The notes under the pieces are model-generated. The model was not told where the DNA came from and made no database searches. It saw nothing but the letters and a program-made list of their open reading frames with translations. 64,000 nucleotides of DNA from Octopus vulgaris. Lineage: Eukaryota. The stretch spans positions 29,016,001-29,080,000 of the forward strand of contig OX597816.1 in NCBI GenBank assembly GCA_951406725.2, in the 5' to 3' direction. Positions within the stretch are counted from its first letter, which is position 1; each line of letters begins with the position of its first letter. Positions 26,928-41,971 of the stretch are shown piece by piece. The position numbers were made by a program, and so were the translations under genes.

Positions 26928-27229
26928 TTCAATTTCTCACGTCTTTGTATGCTTCTGTACACCCCCTCCAATTCATATCCCACTAACCATTGCTATATCG
27001 ACCACCAACTCACCTATCACTATATCCACACCCACCTCTAGCTATCATACCTTTCTGAATACCTCTCTCATACCTCTCTGGATACTTCTTTCATACCTCT
27101 CTGCACACCATAATAATCTCCCTCCGTCTCGGAACTGGTATCTTACTTCCCTCAAATAATACGCATTCCCTTTTCTCACTGTCTCAACCATTACTTCCAA
27201 AGCTACCATACAAACTTAACACAGTAGAC

Positions 27230-27639
27230 GGATCTTTTCGGTTTGAACGGCAGTTTTTTTCTAGCGGTGTCATATGAAATTGTCACCCATAATTATGACC
27301 CTAGTATCGATCTATTGCATTTCAATCTCTTTTAGGGTTAGGGGTGGGGGAAGAGTATCTTTTTTTCTTCACAAATGTAAATAAACCCAATCTGTTTCTT
27401 AAACGAGGGACATATTCATACGACACAGAATGTTTTTTAACTCAATAGACGTCAGTGATTGGTTGAAATTGCAGAAACTGAAGAAAAAAACAACAAATAT
27501 CTTAGAAACTATAGAATTTTCTCAATAAAGCCAAGAGAAAAAGATGCTTTATAAACACATTCTACCAGTATACGAAGTTGAAAATTTTTTAGTTGCCTAG
27601 AAATTATGTTAAAAACTGCCGTTCGAACCGAAAAGATCC
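27230..27639. mobile_element. MITE with ~28-bp TIRs and 8-bp TSD (Merlin- or hAT-type)
   Basis: TIR ggatcttttcggtttgaacggcagtttt / aaaactgccgttcgaaccgaaaagatcc; flanks cagtagac / cagtagtc. Second copy at 53363-53783. Confidence 0.88.
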
Positions 27640-27694
27640 CAGTAGTCTACCATTCACATATTACCTGCGCAACCATTCCTTCATCTTCCTACAA

Positions 27695-27763
<69 letters not shown>

Positions 27764-28148
27764 CACTACTATTACCCCCTCCTAGCCTATATATTTATCG
27801 CTCATTCTTGAACTATATTTTCTCCTCCCAATATTCCCCATCTGAATACCTCCTCTTTCCCTCTAACTGTCTTAACTCTCCACATTCAATCATTCCATCT
27901 TTGAACTTTCCTTTAACACCTCAAATGTAAGATCTCTTCCCTAAAGACGGATGCTCACCGCATTATTACAGACCGCAGAGACCCCAGCAACAACTGTGTA
28001 TAATACTGTTCTTCTAGCCATTTAATTCTCAATATCATTACTATTCTATGTAAGTCGGATGTCTTTATATGTATACATAGAAATATTGTTTCTATTTCAT
28101 GTATTCAATATATATCGATTCGTCTAACTTGCTTAGCTTACACTTGCT

Positions 28149-28209
<61 letters not shown>

Positions 28210-29007
28210 ATATATATGTATGTATGTATGTATATATATAATATTAATAATACTGTATTAGGCAGAAAATAAAAAAGAAAAAACATTTTGTTTGCCCTCC
28301 ATTTCTCTTGCACTATCTATGACACCCCTGTCTCCTTTCTTAAGTTTCAGTCAGCATTCATCGCTCCACATACGCTCTACTCTCCTTCCTTCTTCATCTA
28401 ACCTCCTCCTCTCTCTTCTCTTCTCCTCACACCAAATTTCTTCCATCTACCTCTCTTACACTGACTCATTATTTCTCTTCACTCCTATTCTCCTTCTCTC
28501 TTCTTTTCACTGCTCCCCAACTTCTCCCTTCCTCTTTTATCATCAGCACTTCCCCGTAACCCATCTCACCCTACGCAATCCAATCCCGCCTTCCTATCCA
28601 TCACATCCCACCCAACCCCTTACACCTGCTCCCACATACCCCACCTCTACTTCGACCCTCAGCCTAACCCACACCCCATCCTTGCTTTCCCCACTCTCGC
28701 CTCCTCCACTTTCCAACACCATCACACCGCACCACACACCACTACGCCTAACACCACCCTACCACACAACACCACATCATATCACATCACACCACCACGC
28801 ACACAGTAGCACTGACCACTTCGCAGCCCCATATCCACACACCTACACATACACACACTCTCACTTCAAGGTCACCAGCCATCTGCACGCACATACTCTC
28901 ATATACACGCGCACGCACGCGCACCTTCGTTTTGGGAGCACCACTACTTTATTATGTCACCTTCTTCCTAGCTCTCTCGTGTGAGCCTTATATCCGACAT
29001 TCGCCAT

Positions 29008-29365
29008 GATAGATCGCTAGCCACTACACATTCTTTATTTTCTCTCCTTGTTTCTTTCTGCGGAAGAGCGTAGGTTGGAAGCGTTAAAGACATTTTCACT
29101 TCCCGAGCGTTAAGCTAATACATCTGTTTGTTGTCTACAACACCTGTCTTCGTCTTTTGTTTTTTTTTGTGAATTCTCCCCCCACCCATATATATATAGA
29201 CGAAGACAGGTGGTATAGAAAACAAACAGATGTATTAGTATAACGCTCGGGAATTGAAAAAGTGTTTTAAGTTTCGAGCTTACGCTCTTCCATAGAAAGG
29301 AACACAGAAAGAAACAAGGAGAGAAAAAAGGAGACAAAAAATGTGTGTAGTGGGCCACCGATCTA
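29008..29365. repeat. Inverted pair of the hammerhead-like short repeat
   Basis: 29008-29155 is the reverse complement of ~29199-29365, with a spacer containing a short (TA)n. Confidence 0.85.
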
Positions 29366-30340
29366 GGTCATCCCATAAGTTCTGTCAGATTTTACTTTTT
29401 TTAAAATTTGAATGAAATTGAATAGTATTTTAGAGTGTCTAATGGAATTAAAAATTGTGTTTATGCATTTGTGTACATTTCAACTAATTAAATATTATTT
29501 TACAGAATAATAGAATTCAAAAATTTCTTTGATTAAAACGTTTTCTATCATGGAAGTATCCAAAGAGCATTTGAGGCACATAATGCTTTATGAGTACAAA
29601 TAAGGGAACTTTGCAGCCGAAGTGACTCGAAACATACACTCAGTTTATGGGAAAGAATGCTTGAATGAAAGATCTTGCAGAAGATGGTTTGCAAACTTCA
29701 GAAGTGGAGATTTCTGCTTTGAAGATGACGATCGAACAGGCTATCCAGTTGACATTGCTGATAAGCTCCTTGAGGCACTACTTAAGAAAATCCTGCATTA
29801 TCATTTGAAGATTTGGCAATAAAGCTTAGTTCAAACGATCGGACTGTTCATCGTGATCTTCAACAACTTGGAAAGGTTCCTAAACTTGGAAAATGAGTGA
29901 CTCACGAATCGTCCGAAAGCAACCACTAATTCCGAGTTGACATCTGCTCGTCTCTCCATTCTCGCGAACTCATTTCACCCTTTTGGGATAGACTTATGAC
30001 TGGTGACAAAAAATGGATTTTCTATCGAAATATTAAACTTCGTAAACGGTGGCCTGAGAAAAGTGGGAAAAGCTCAACCACAACCGAGAAGGAGACTTCA
30101 AGGGAAAAATATTCTTCTCTCTAGCTGGAGGCATTCCAAAGGAGTAATTCACTTTGAATTGTTACCACCTAATGCAACAATCAATGCTCAAGTCTACTGT
30201 CAGCAATTAGACCGTTTGAACCAAGCTTTGCAGAAAATACACCCGTTTTAGTGAATCGAAAAGGAGTGATGTATCATCAAGACATGCACGAAACCACACT
30301 GCAAAGATCACATCACAAAAGATGATCTAAGAGTTTGGTT
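29366..30340 (+). mobile_element. mariner transposon, 3'-truncated, degenerate transposase
   Basis: TA-preceded terminus ggtcatcccataagttctgtc. From ATG 29550: MEVSKEHLRHIMLYEYK*GN...CRRWFANFRSGDF, *VTHE (WVPHEL), LMTGDKKW (TGDEKW), KGVIHFELLP, YHQD motif. Confidence 0.9.
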
Positions 30341-30350
30341 CTACTAACGT

Positions 30351-31012
<662 letters not shown>

Positions 31013-31290
31013 ATGCACTAATCTGACGATAAATAATTTACGCTGGTATATGGTTTGAATAACACCTACATTTGTCTCCATTTCTTAATTTATCTTTCTT
31101 ATCCAAAAACCATGCGACTTAACCCTGGAATTTCTACCCTTATAAGTAGGATGTAATATGTTTGGCACCTATGTGAATTTTTGCTACCTTGGTAACTATT
31201 TATTTACTTTTACCTTGTTGTTTTGTACACATTGAAAAATTAAACATATATATATATATATATATTATTTATTAATAATTATTATTAATC

Positions 31291-31620
31291 AGAATGGTTG
31301 TATACTGTCAATCTAACAAGAACGTGACAGTAGCGGGTACACCACCGCTGTATAGCCCTAGGAAGCATCGAACGCCTCCTGATGGCTTTGACACATTTTT
31401 CCCTGTGTCCTTATATACATATACGAAGGGGAGACAAACACCCCGGCTGCCGAAACTGCATCTAGGGGCACGTGTTTCAGGATCGTTGTCCTTCAGGTGT
31501 TTGTCTCCCCTTCGTATATGTATATAAGGACACAGGGAAAAATGTGTCAAAGCCATCAGGAGGCGGTGGTGTACCCCCTACTGTCACGTTCTTGTTAGAT
31601 TGACAGTATACAACCATTCT
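31291..31620. repeat. Near-perfect fold-back palindrome (~125-bp arms)
   Basis: The left arm 31291-31442, minus a ~26-bp insert, is the reverse complement of 31497-31620. atc flanks both ends. Confidence 0.92.
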
Positions 31621-32151
31621 ATCGCCCCACCACCGTACATGTCTCTACGAGAGATTTAGAAATTCAATATTTCTTATTATTAATTAATATCCTAGAAACA
31701 GATGTATGACCTATCTATAAATGCTCTAATATCTATGCAGCCTTGGTGTTTTTTATCTTATTACACAAAAAATTCTTATATATATGAATATACCAGCGTA
31801 TTATTTATCGTATGTTTAATGCAAAGCATTCATTAGGAATTACAAGTTGGAAGGAACAGGAAAAAATAGAAGACGGTATAGTAACCAAATGAAAACCAGA
31901 AGGTGGTAATCGAGTAATGCTACATTTATGTCCAATTACTCTGGATTAATGAAATTTATCTATTACTAATTAGTAAGTTTTTTCGCATTGCATGTAGTCA
32001 CGCACATCTGTATAGTTAAAAACCTTTGAGTTAATAGCGTCATATACATACGTGATTTATAAAATATATACGCATACCTATTCAGATACCCATATATGTG
32101 ACTCAAACACCTACAAATGTTTATACGTTAAAATATACGTACACTCAAATG

Positions 32152-32222
<71 letters not shown>

Positions 32223-32629
32223 GTGTGTGTGTTTGCGTTTCTATGTATCCCTTTTTGTATGGATGTATACATACATATATTGACACACACACATATACAC
32301 ACACACATACATAGTCATACACATAAACATCCAGGTTTTATAGGAAGTAAAATAGACGGGTAACTATCTTCGTATTTATATAAATGAACGTGATGAACCA
32401 CTATTTGGTAAGTTATACTAATTGCTAAATTGCATATTTGATCGTCTAATGTAATTGAACATTCGCACAATTAGTAATGCTCGTTAATGATCTGTTTTTC
32501 ATTTAGTTCAAAGATTTTCGTCTATATTCGGCCATTGTTCCCTCCCAGTAGGAACACCCGATGAATGATGTGTAAACTCTTAAGTTTACGGCTTATCTCT
32601 AATTCTAGCATATATATATATATATATAA

Positions 32630-32960
32630 ACATCAAAATAAGCAACAAGGATATCCTGTGGTAATGCACTACGATCGCTTCATGCAACTCCATTTCATTG
32701 AACAATGCAATCACTATATTAATTTGAAATGCAGAGCAATCTTCAGCTACACAAAGACATATAATTTAAGTAAATTAGAACAGATGGACACATTAGTTTA
32801 AATATACCTAAAAACTCCAAGAAGTTAAGGAAATAGACTTAGAACATATTGTTTCTACTTCAACATAGAAGTTTAGACGTTACTAAAATTATCAAGACTC
32901 TGCTTGCCACTGATTTTTGTCTTTATGGAGCTAGCTTTAATTTATAGACTAGTTTATCAA
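32630..32960 (-). mobile_element. Hammerhead-bearing repeat (paralog of 50190-50540), ribozyme core mutated
   Basis: Aligns with 50190-50540. Minus motif tgtag-CTGAAGA-ttgc...gcat-GAAG-C-GATC-GT-A-gtgca (~32665-32751). Confidence 0.75.
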
Positions 32961-34283
32961 ATCCCTGGTATATCTAAGGCTGAGAGAACTGAGGGCATTA
33001 TCTGTTAGGGGTAGGTCTGAGCGAGTAGACAGACATTCTAATTGGTACAGTCATAAAAATATCAAGATTTATTATAAGCAATATCATGAAGATTAATAAG
33101 GGAAAAACTTAAAACAAGATGTTAGTTGATAATTAAAGAGGGTGACCACTGGCAGACTATTGATAATGAAACAGTCTTATCGTATGGTACTATAGTTAAA
33201 TATTTTAAACAATGCTGCTATGTATACAGTTAAAGTTTAATTTTATTCAAAGGGTTATTTAAGAAGAATATTATAACAAAAAGGATAGAAATTTATGAAT
33301 ACTTTTGAGTATATACCAAATGTATTACTACAATAGGGGGAGGAAATGAAATTATCCAGAAATAGTTTAATATTTATAAATATTGTATACTTAAATACTA
33401 GCTCATCAGATGGTATCTGTGAATATTGATTAATTGGTATATACTGGTATTAATAAAGGAGTATTGAGGTAAAGAACATGCTAATTATATATTAATAAAA
33501 TTTTCATCTAAGCAGTATTTTTTATAAATAGTGAATATACCCGTATAGTTTTATATAAGCTAAGAATGAATTTTTAGAGATACAAAAATGATATTAATCT
33601 TATAAATAAATAAAGGCTTATTTTCAAATAATAAGGAAATAAAATAAAATAATCAAGTAGAGCAGAACATCATAGTAAAGGAAATAAAATGGCTTAATTA
33701 CTAATACTGTGGTAAAATATATGTAGCTTTTTAACACCAACAGAGATTTTGTATAATACTTCAAAATATATTAGACTAAGAATTATATATTTACTTATTT
33801 AGCTAATATCGATAAAAGCCTGATGTTTTGTATCGGCTAAAGGAATATTTAAGTTATGAAACAATCATATTTTACACTAATCTTTTTTTAAAATTAAGGA
33901 TTATATTATAGGTTTAAGAAGTTATTATTGTTACTCCCTACATGATATTTATAGTTTCTTAGTAGTACTTGTTTAGAAGGATTATTTATATAAATTCCTT
34001 ATAATTACTAAGATCTGGAGGATAGAGCCATTTAAGGAAGAGATAAATTTTGTAATTTATAAAGATCATTTCAAACAATATTGTCTTATTTTTTAAAGTT
34101 AAAATTTAGGGTCATCAAGAAGATTATTTAGAATGAAATTGTCGTGCAGTTACTGTTTATACCTCGTTCAGACATTTATTATTGCTTGTATACACTTTCT
34201 CAAGATCAGTGACGAAAAGTTACTGGAAAAAGGATATAAATATTTGCATTGGGAACTCCTTTCATCGAAAACCGGTGATTGTC

Positions 34284-34326
34284 GTGCGATGATGACGGGT
34301 CAATACCCAGAAACTGCAGTCCGTGC
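34284..34326 (+). ncRNA. Minimal type I hammerhead ribozyme (C3A variant), paralog of 18656-18700
   Basis: gtgcg-ATGATGA-c-GGGT-caat-ACCC-a-GAAA-C-TGCA-GT-C-cgtgc. Confidence 0.65.
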
Positions 34327-34831
34327 GTATCACTTAGGTTGACGAGGGAAGGATGACCTGCACAGAAAGTGTGCCACTAGCTAGCTGGAAGAGATGCAAT
34401 TCCTAATTCTGACTTTATTTTTCTCTATTAATATATATTGTACTGACATCCAATATTTTTTCTTTATGTAAAACCTGCAGTTACCCACAATATGGGACTT
34501 TGCTCTACAGTGTAAAAGAATATACATTTTCATAGCACTTTGAACTCTTTTTTTATATTTTATCCGTGTTGACCGCACCCTGTTCTTATTTCTTATTTTT
34601 TCCATCCTACTTCCTAAACTTGACATCTTTTAAAGGTCAGCAATCCTTTTGAGAAAATATGTTTATTAACAAATATGTTGATAAGTATATAATGGAAAAA
34701 GGAAAACGAAAGAGAGGAGAAAGGAAAAAAGAAAAAGGAAAAATACTTTTAATGAAATCTCAATGAATTAACTCCACCAAATTGAAAAGAAACCTCTCTC
34801 TCTCTTCTATTTATCTAACCTTCCCCGTCAT

Positions 34832-34914
<83 letters not shown>

Positions 34915-34949
34915 TTTGTTGTTGTTGTTGTTGTTATTATTATTATTAT

Positions 34950-35110
34950 TTCCTCCGCCTTAGCGAAGGCGGACGTATTGTTTTCAGTCGTATCTCAAGG
35001 ACCTCTGGATGGATTCAAATGAAACTTTCAAGGCTATTTGACCTCCTGACTGCCGTGAACTGATTTTGAGATCGATCCTCTACCGGACAAGGATTGTGGA
35101 TTATTTGTTA
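34950..35110 (+). mobile_element. Helentron/DINE-1-like non-autonomous element 5' end
   Basis: Follows a (TAT)n tract and T-run; hairpin tccgcctt-agcg-aaggcgga, then gtattgttttcagtcg and ggatt..aatgaaacttt, typical of DINE/HINE cores. Confidence 0.5.
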
Positions 35111-37076
35111 TACTTACTTTACTTTACATGAAGTATTACGATCTTACGTTCATTTTCAAGTCATTCTCTGATTATCTTCCTTCAAGTTATGAAGCATTAG
35201 AACACACAAGCCATTCGAAACTAATGGAAATGTTCCTCACGGTTGAAAATCAAGACAAAATTCCAATGGGAGTTCCGAGGTTTTTTACGTGTTTGTCTTT
35301 AAAAATTGTTTAATAGAGTATAAAGTCGTAACGCGTTAACGTTACATAATTTTCGTCGATTAATAAATTGGCAATTATCATTATGATCTAAAAGTACGTA
35401 TTAGTGTAGACATGTGTGTGTTTGTTTCAGTATGTGTAAATGTATCGGTGTCTGTCTGTATGGGCATATATGATGTGTGTAAGTACGTAAAGTGTAAATA
35501 CAATAAACATAAAATTACACCAGTAGCAGTTACAAATTTTAACTAATACGGTACCTGTTTAACGCTTTAATAGAATATTGTGTTTTAACATTTGTGTGTT
35601 AGTACTGTATCAGGAGAAATAGAGAACCTCGAAAAAATAACAGAGGGAACCAGAGGCGAAAATAGAAGAGAAGGCTTAAAAACCAGGTGGGAATATTTTC
35701 TTATCGAGATGTACGCAGGAGGAAATGGCGGGCTTGTACATATGCGAATAAAAGTGTGTGTGTAAGTGAGGTGTTTGTATGTGTATATGGCTATGTAAAT
35801 TTCAGAAATATTGTAGCAGCGATTAGAGGAGAATTTGCCCCTTGCAGTATGTGTAACTGGTGGCAAGAAGGCGTTTACTCCCTGAGGTGACAAGTCTATG
35901 AGTCTGTGTGTGCCTGTCTCCTTTCACGCAGTGTCTAGAGGTACTCTAGAATCCAGTGAAATACAGAATAATCATGTAATTCCTGCTGTCTCCCACTAAC
36001 GAAAACCAAGCTTTTGTTAGACTTTGCAGTACAATATATGTTAAGTTTGTTTGAAAATTCTGAGAGAATTCTCTCTATTGTTGTAAGCAATCTTAAAAAA
36101 ATTGAATTTTGAGGCAGATCTGTGTTTCAATAGGACATCATTAGAAAAAGATGGCTATTTTTGTTTTTTACTTCCTCATTATTCTAAATCAGACACACGC
36201 AACACACAAGTACTTTTAGGTAACGTTAATTCTATACTACTTTATGAAATATAACTATTTTTTCAGTCTCTAGATTTTGATTCTGGAGAAATTTGACTGT
36301 TATTGCTCATAGCTCGAAAGTAGAAACGTTCTAGTTTGTAATTTTGGGAATGTCTAAAGTGAAGTGTGTAACTAAACGTCTCAAGGAAAGGCATCTAATC
36401 TTTGTGCAAACCAACATTTTTACTAATTTTCTGTTACTCAAGCAATATGATTAACCTTGCTTTCACATCATTCTGTATTAGACTAAATAAATACTAGTTG
36501 TGTATTCTATAGGATATTGTCTGTTTGACTCATTTTCCACAATTATGGTGTTTTCCAAAAAAAAATTAGAAATCAATTTATTTTATTGTCAATCGAAAGT
36601 AGCTGGCGACTAAAACATCAGAAGTTGTATAACCTTAAAGAATAGTTATATGATGAATGTAGTTTGTGTCATGAATATTTCATTGTCTTACAATTATCCG
36701 TAATATAGCCGTGACCTGAACAATTAAGATGGAAAAAAAAGTCGTAAATCATCGGAAATACAAGATTAGTTTACTTCGATCATATTACTTGATTGCAATT
36801 CCGCCTGTTCAGATGTTATTCAACAATAAAACCGAATGTTCAATGGCTTGCTGACTATGCACTTCATTGATTATTATTATACATAACATCTTTATAGCAG
36901 AGATCTATTTGTGCGTCACTTTCCAGCTGCAATCTATCACGAGCGATTAACCCTGCATTTTGAGATTCTAGTTGTTTGCCTGAGGTACCTCTGTCCGTTT
37001 CCATACCTAGTGAGATCTTGCAGGGTTTTCTTTTGGGTTAATTACTAATGGATTACAAACGTTATTAATGAAGGAC

Positions 37077-37571
<495 letters not shown>

Positions 37572-39225
37572 GTGTCAAGCCACGAGCACATCGAGCTGGT
37601 CGGTGAGACACTGAAAAACTACGAAGCGGTGACAGGAGCGAAAATCAACCGGGAAAAGTCAGTGGGCTTGCGACTAGGCACCTGGAGAAGCAAGCCCATG
37701 CCGTCCACCAGCGCCTCCGTCGTGGGACGCTGGACCGACGGCCCGGTTGAGTTGCTCGGGGTCTGGTTTGGTCCGGACCTCCAAGTGGAGAAGAACTGGA
37801 ACGAGATAACGAGTAGGGTGGTCACTCTCGCCCGGCAATGGGCCGAGAGGAAACTGTCCCTAAAAGGTCGAGCGGAGGTGGCGAACACGTACATCGCGTC
37901 CGTCATCTACTACCGCCTGACCGTCGTACCTTGTCCCGACCCTACCATCACCAAACTACAACGCATCCTCTTTCGCTTCTTGTGGAAAGGATGCGTCCCG
38001 ATGGTCAGGCGATCCATTTGCTGTCAACACCCGTTAAAAGGAGGGCTGGGCATGCCGTGGTTGATGATGCGCAGACACGCGCTGAGACTGCGACATCTCT
38101 GGCTCTATGTAGACGACGGTGAACAGGTGTGGTCGCCGTTTGTGAGGCACGCTTTCCCGCAGCTCGTCTCCATGACCGAACTGCAGTCGTGGATCAAAAA
38201 GAGGCCGAGGAAGGGCGAATGGCACCGCGAGTGTCGCGTTGCTCTCAAGCAACTCTGCCGTCCTGGGTCGACCTTAAGTGACTTCAACACAACCAAAGCA
38301 TTCTATAGGGGTTTAGTGGAGGGGAGGTACGACGACGAGCTCGGGGCGAACCTGGACGTCGACGAGGAGTACCTGACCCGCCTGTTCAGGACGACTTTCG
38401 GGCCAGGGCCCATGGACAACTTCCAGAGATCCCTGGCCTGGCAGTGCTACCGAGAAGCGCTACCCGTTCGGGATAAGCTCTACAGACACGGCTCGAGAAA
38501 CACGGGGCCGACCTGCCCGAGATGCGGTCAGAGCGACGAAACCGTTCTGCACGCACTCGTTCAGTGTCCAACAATTTCCGACCTGTGGGCTTATGTCGAA
38601 CAACTGCTGTCACGTGTGGGACGAGTCGGTTTATCAGCTGAGTCTATCGTCAATATTGTCACGCCTCCTTCCTTCAAACGGGAAGGAAGAGCTATTTTCA
38701 TCATCCTTGTGGCTATGGCGAAAGAATGTATCTGGTGGACGCGTCTGAAAGGATTGGAGACAAACACTTTCCTCTCTGGTCAATCTCTCATCAACTTCTT
38801 CAAGTACCACTTGAAAAGGAAAGTGAGAGTAGAGAGGCAAGTTTTGTCTAGCGAATGTTTTAAAAAAAGATGGGTGAATGTAGCAAGAATGGCACGTATG
38901 AATGACGAAGCCACCTTGAGCATAGTCCTATGAACCCAGAAATCGAAAACAGAGAGTTGCTTATTTGCAAAAAAAAAAAAAAAAAAAAGAAATATAAAAT
39001 GTGACTTCATTGACCGAGGTTACCGTGGTCTTTTCCGTAGGCTTTTCTTTCCACGGGTAAACCTCACCTGTCCTCCCCTTTACACTTCATATTGACATTT
39101 CTGTGATAACGATCCCTATTGATCAATTTTTTTTTTTTTTTTTTCCTCTCCCCCTTTTTTTAACCCCCCTTTTTTTGTCCTCCTTCTCTCCTTTTACGAT
39201 CCCTTTTGATCGAAACTCCCCCTTA

Positions 39226-39257
<32 letters not shown>

Positions 39258-39333
39258 CATTCAAAAGAAAAGCTCTACCTTGTAATTTGTTCTATCTGTG
39301 TGCAGCCCTGTGTGGCTAATAAAGAAACATATT
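37572..39333 (+). mobile_element. 5'-truncated Tx1/L1-clade LINE with uninterrupted ORF2 C-terminal part (37572-38933)
   Basis: 453-aa open frame with YEAVTGAKINREKS, LLGVWFG, WAERKLSLKGRAEVAN, PLKGGLGMP and the zinc finger CPRCGQSDETVLHALVQC. AATAAA at 39318. TSD tatctatctaac (37560-37571 / 39334-39345). Confidence 0.93.
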
Positions 39334-39422
39334 TATCTATCTAACTAACTACCTGATTGGCTGTTGTCGCTTTAGTCTGCATAATTCTAAACAATTTCTC
39401 GTATTTATTTATGTTTGCCTAC

Positions 39423-39614
39423 ATTGAATTTTTGCCAAAAGTTGGTTAACAACATCAGCTTTCGTGTGTTTGAATCGGTCTTCTGAAAATCCATCACCTG
39501 CAGGTTTGAAATATTTTTTTTTCAATCTGTCCTGAAAAATGGATAACTTGGCTGAAGCGGTCAACGTTCCATCTTCGTTCATGGACATTAATTTCCCTGC
39601 ATAGCCGAATGCTG
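39423..39614 (-). CDS. Candidate internal host-gene exon (192 bp, phase 1-1)
   Basis: Strong acceptor tttctctcttcccag, GT donor (at|gtaggc), length divisible by 3, open non-repetitive frame AFGYAGKLMSMNEDGTLTASAKLSIFQDRLKKKYFKPAGDGFSEDRFKHTKADVVNQLLAKIQ. Confidence 0.45.
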
Positions 39615-39899
39615 CTGGGAAGAGAGAAAGCATTGAATCAATTCACACACGCACATGCACACACACAGTTGAACAACGTCAACACAAACTGACAACAGAG
39701 TTCCAAGCAAGCAAGTAGGAAAGGAAAGCAAGAAGAATGAACAAAAGTCTACTGCCACCATCGTTGCCACAACCACCACCACTACCACCAACACCACCAC
39801 CAACACGAACAGACTAAGTAACTTTGCTTCAGCTTTGAGGCAAAAAGAACGATTTGTTTCATTTACGCCACAACAATTAATGGAAACAACACACCATTT

Positions 39900-41917
39900 A
39901 TCTGAGGGTAAGCACACAACTCATTTTAGAAAATACTAACAAAAAACTATTATATACAACACAATAAATTTTAAAATGAGAAAATCCGAAAACATAAATC
40001 AACAAATAATTGAATCATGTTTAAGGTCCATATGGGCACATAAAATAAATATACATTACAAGCGGCAAAAGATTTTCCACAGTCGAAGTAAGGTTTAACA
40101 CAGAGGAGCAATCCAAAGCCCTTTCTACAGAATCACTTGCGTCTGATGAAATAGTAATGCTCCCTACGTACCTAGGTCCTAGGGTCACAAAAATAAAAAC
40201 CAAAGATCTACCCCCTGAAATTGAAGCACAATGGCTGATGTCATCCATTTGCAACAATTTCGAAGAAGTTATTAACATCGGTAATTTTACCGTCCTAGAT
40301 CAAAACTGGATAGGCCAGGCTTTCGAAATCTTAGTTCAAACCATCCAAGAAACGATAGAAAATATTACAGATCTGATAAAACTGCCAGACGGTACCACCT
40401 TACACATTGCCGTTGAAGGCAGAAAATCACGCTGTCACATCTGTGGAAGCAAAAATCAGTTAAAATTAACTGCACAGTATTAAAGGAGCAATAGTAACAA
40501 CAATAGCAAAAACAACAACTACAAAAACAACCAAAACGAAAGAAAATAAAAAAATCAGTACTGTTAACCAGATCGCCATATGCATAGCTGATAAAACAGG
40601 TTTACCAACAAATGAGAGAGTATCAACAACCAACAAGCTAGTCCAAACAAACGACACTACCATCATTCGGAATGCTCACAGCAGCCATATTCCTACCGCT
40701 CTATGTCACGCTGGTGAGACCCATACTGGTGTACGGGATTCAAGCCTCTTCTCCTAATCTCCTCAAAGACATACATCATCTTGAAAGAATCCAGAAGCTG
40801 GCTACCCGCATGGTTCTTGGTCTCAAGCATTTGTCTTATTAAGAAAGGCTGAATACGCTCGACCTTTATTCTCCAGAAAAACGACGACGCCGTGGTGATC
40901 TCATTCTCTCTCACAACATCATAAGCGGAAGGTGTAACCTCTCGAAAGAGCTGTTCTTCACTCCTGCTCCAGAGCGTGGGCTGCGGGGTCATTCCGAAAA
41001 GCTCTATCTACGACGATATCATCTCAATCGAAGAAGAGGGGCTTTCTCCGTCCGGCTTGCGGATCCGTGGAATAAGCTGCCGGACAAGATAGTGAAGATG
41101 CCGACGACCGCTTGGTTCAAAGTCTCTCTTGACCAGAAATGGCCTGAACTCTTTGCATGAACACCCTCCTTGTACATAACTCCATGTCCCCCTACATGGC
41201 CTTGCTTTTTGCTTTTTCAGCCAAAAAATTTACTTAACTTAACTTAACTTAATTATCACCATCACCACCACCAATAACAACAACTATAGAAGCACCAAAA
41301 GAAGAGAAATAAACAAAAGGACACATACTCCACCTCCAAAACCCAAACACTACATCTCAACTGTCAGCAACCAGCACCAACACCAACACCAACCACAAAA
41401 TCTTCATTAACACACTCAGAAATAGACCCCAATACCCCCACATCCCACTTTCTGATTCCGTCGGCATTTCGTCAGATGAAGGAGAGACGGAGGAATGGCA
41501 AGTGGCCGCAGTGGGGAGGACAAAAGGGGAAAAAGAATAGAGAAGCAAACAAACAAAGCAGGGAGATTTACCTCTCCCGAAACCAAAACACCCGCATAAA
41601 ATAAAAGCATTAACACAAACACAGAAGCACGCAAGGAATTCACAATGCTGATAGCAATAAACACAAACAATTCAGACCTGGTGCAATACATTAGGCCAAA
41701 CACCAATATAACAAAAGATAATGTCAAAACAAACAATCACCCAAGCACAACCCCACCACAAAACAAAAATCTTACCCGTGACACAAAACACACAATACAC
41801 TGAAAGTTCTCTACCCTAATGCACTTGAGAGATTTCAAAAATACTTATAAAAAAAATTGTACAAAGCTCCGGACAGAATTTTGAGAGGAGGAGAACAACC
41901 AACTTTCGAACTGTAAG

Positions 41918-41971
<54 letters not shown>

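Noticed and set aside
28292-28984. 230-aa S/P/H/T-rich ORF
   Set aside because: C/T/A-skewed low-complexity DNA poor in stop codons; non-ATG start and no motif.
33395-33415. CTGATGA on the minus strand
   Set aside because: No matching GAAA or stem structure nearby.
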